Source: a bacterium (GTDB lineage: Bacteria > Bacillota > Clostridia > Christensenellales > Aristaeellaceae). Taken from it: a DNA stretch of 6,866 nt. The stretch is taken from contig CAVFPH010000041.1 in assembly GCA_963624325.1 (NCBI GenBank), forward strand, positions 12,198 through 19,063, written 5' to 3'. Shown here in pieces: positions 5,778 to 6,866 of this stretch. Under the pieces are notes generated by a model, which was not told where the DNA came from, searched no databases, and saw only the letters and a list, made by a program, of their open reading frames with translations. The translations under genes and the position numbers were made by a program. How positions within the stretch are numbered: position 1 is the stretch's first letter; each line of letters begins with the position of its first letter.

Positions 5778-6866
5778 ATGAAACTGGTCTATGACATCAA
5801 TCAGAAACCGCCCCTCAAGAAGAACCTTGTCTACGCTTTCCAGCAGTTGCTGGCCATCATGGCCGCTACCCTGCTGGTGCCCGTACTGGCCGACAGCACC
5901 GGACTGTATCTGAATCAGCCTGCCGCTCTGTGCGGAGCCGGCTTCGGCACGCTGTTCTACATCTACATCGCCACCCGTCAAAAGAGCCCTGTGTTTCTGG
6001 GAAGTTCCTTCGCCTTTATCAGCCCGCTGGCCGGTGCAACCGCCTTTGGTTTCCTGGGTATTTTCGTCGGTGCCCTGTTCGCAGGTCTGGTTTATGTTCT
6101 CATCGCTCTGATCGTCAAAAAGACCGGTACAGCCTGGGTCAGCAAGCTCCTGCCCCCCGTTGTAATCGGCCCTACCGTTGCCCTGATCGGTCTTTCCCTG
6201 TGCAGCAGTGCTGTTAACAACCTGAACAACACTGCTTCCGGCAGCTACAATCTGGTGGCCATCCTTGTCGGTTTGATCGCCTTCTTCATCACCGTGTTTG
6301 CCTCTGTAAAGGGCAGCAAGGGAATGAAGATGATCCCCTTCATCATCGGCATCCTGGGTGCTTATGTGATCGCGCTGGTTCTGACTTTCATCGGGAAGGC
6401 TGCCAATTGCGAAGTGCTCCAGCTGGTCAATCTCTCCGCTTTCGACAATATGCAGCTTTTCAAAATGCCCCGTTTCACTTTCCTGGGCATGTTCGGCGTA
6501 TATGACGATGCTCCCAACACCATCAAGAGCTTTGCCGATGTACTGAGCCTGTTTGTCCTCTTCGCGCCCGTTGCCTTTGTAACCTTGGCCGAACACATTG
6601 CCGACCATGAAAATCTTTCCTCCATCATCGGACGCGATCTGATCACCGATCCCGGTCTGGATCATACTCTGATCGGTGACGGCGTCGGTTCCATCGTAGG
6701 TGCCTTCTTCGGCGGCTGCCCCAACACTACCTATGGTGAGTCTGTCGGCTGCGTCGCCATCACCGGCAACGCTTCCGTAAGCACCATCGCCCTTGCAGCA
6801 GTCTACTGCATCCTGCTCAGCTTCTTTGATCCCTTCGTCTGCTTTGTAAATTCCATCCCCACCTGC
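5778..6866 (+). CDS. pyrP: Uracil permease (NCS2 / nucleobase:cation symporter-2 family, UraA/PyrP-like). The C-terminus runs off the right edge of the window.
   Basis: Absent from the ORF track because it is open at the window edge. ATG 5778 is preceded by the SD GGAGGG (5765..5770). My translation reads MKLVYDINQKPPLKKNLVYAFQQLLAIMAATLLVPVL...LGSSFAFISP...TLAEHIADH...DPGLDHTLIGDGVGSIVGAFFGGCPNTTYGESVGCVAITG..., open for 363 codons to the edge. The motifs LGSSFAFISP, AEH, DPGL and PNTTYGE match E. coli UraA. The PyrR attenuator upstream fits a pyrimidine-related substrate. Confidence 0.9.
   Translation, partial: MKLVYDINQKPPLKKNLVYAFQQLLAIMAATLLVPVLADSTGLYLNQPAALCGAGFGTLFYIYIATRQKSPVFLGSSFAFISPLAGATAFGFLGIFVGALFAGLVYVLIALIVKKTGTAWVSKLLPPVVIGPTVALIGLSLCSSAVNNLNNTASGSYNLVAILVGLIAFFITVFASVKGSKGMKMIPFIIGILGAYVIALVLTFIGKAANCEVLQLVNLSAFDNMQLFKMPRFTFLGMFGVYDDAPNTIKSFADVLSLFVLFAPVAFVTLAEHIADHENLSSIIGRDLITDPGLDHTLIGDGVGSIVGAFFGGCPNTTYGESVGCVAITGNASVSTIALAAVYCILLSFFDPFVCFVNSIPTC

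Noticed and set aside
5730-6665. 311-aa minus-strand ORF, along with 5930..6217 (+) and 6362..6646 (-).
   Set aside because: It is antisense or out of frame to the uracil permease, whose plus-strand translation carries the NCS2 motifs (LGSSFAFISP, AEH, PNTTYGE). The minus-strand product is a hydrophilic G/D/Q-rich low-complexity sequence.
1-6866. Search for CRISPR repeats, IS/transposon ends, integrase or att-like direct repeats, tRNA/rRNA genes and toxin-antitoxin-sized gene pairs.
   Set aside because: By eye I found no periodic direct repeats, terminal inverted repeats, tRNA-like cloverleaf candidates or recombinase-like translations. The only repeats are the intragenic zinc-ribbon modules and the short regulatory hairpins. 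A computational repeat or covariance-model scan could still find something I missed.

Overview
The window holds seven genes and looks like ordinary chromosomal DNA from a Firmicutes/Clostridia-type genome. That inference rests on strong AGGAGG-type Shine-Dalgarno sites, a PyrR-type attenuator, and YlmH- and YdjI-like genes. Gene order, left to right: (1) an amino-acid ABC transporter on the minus strand, with substrate-binding protein 591..1412 followed by permease 1..546, which is cut by the left edge; (2) a FliB-family (flagellin lysine-N-methylase-like) cysteine-cluster protein, 1610..2548 (+); (3) a convergent YlmH-like S4-domain RNA-binding protein, 2561..3298 (-); (4) a divergently transcribed SPFH/Band-7 protein of the YdjI/COG4260 type ending in three tandem zinc ribbons, 3463..4785 (+); (5) a KDPG/KHG aldolase (eda-like), 4867..5514 (+), followed by a clean intrinsic terminator; (6) a sigma-A-type promoter plus a textbook PyrR-binding attenuator (anti-antiterminator, antiterminator, terminator) at about 5588..5731; (7) the uracil permease it controls, 5778..6866 (+), cut by the right edge. 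I found no CRISPR array, tRNA/rRNA, transposase/integrase or long repeats. I see no convincing multi-gene novel system. The most unusual item is the stand-alone SPFH protein with a triplicated zinc-ribbon tail, along with its neighbourhood. The several long ORFs in the supplied track that lie antisense or out of frame to recognisable genes are judged to be shadow ORFs.
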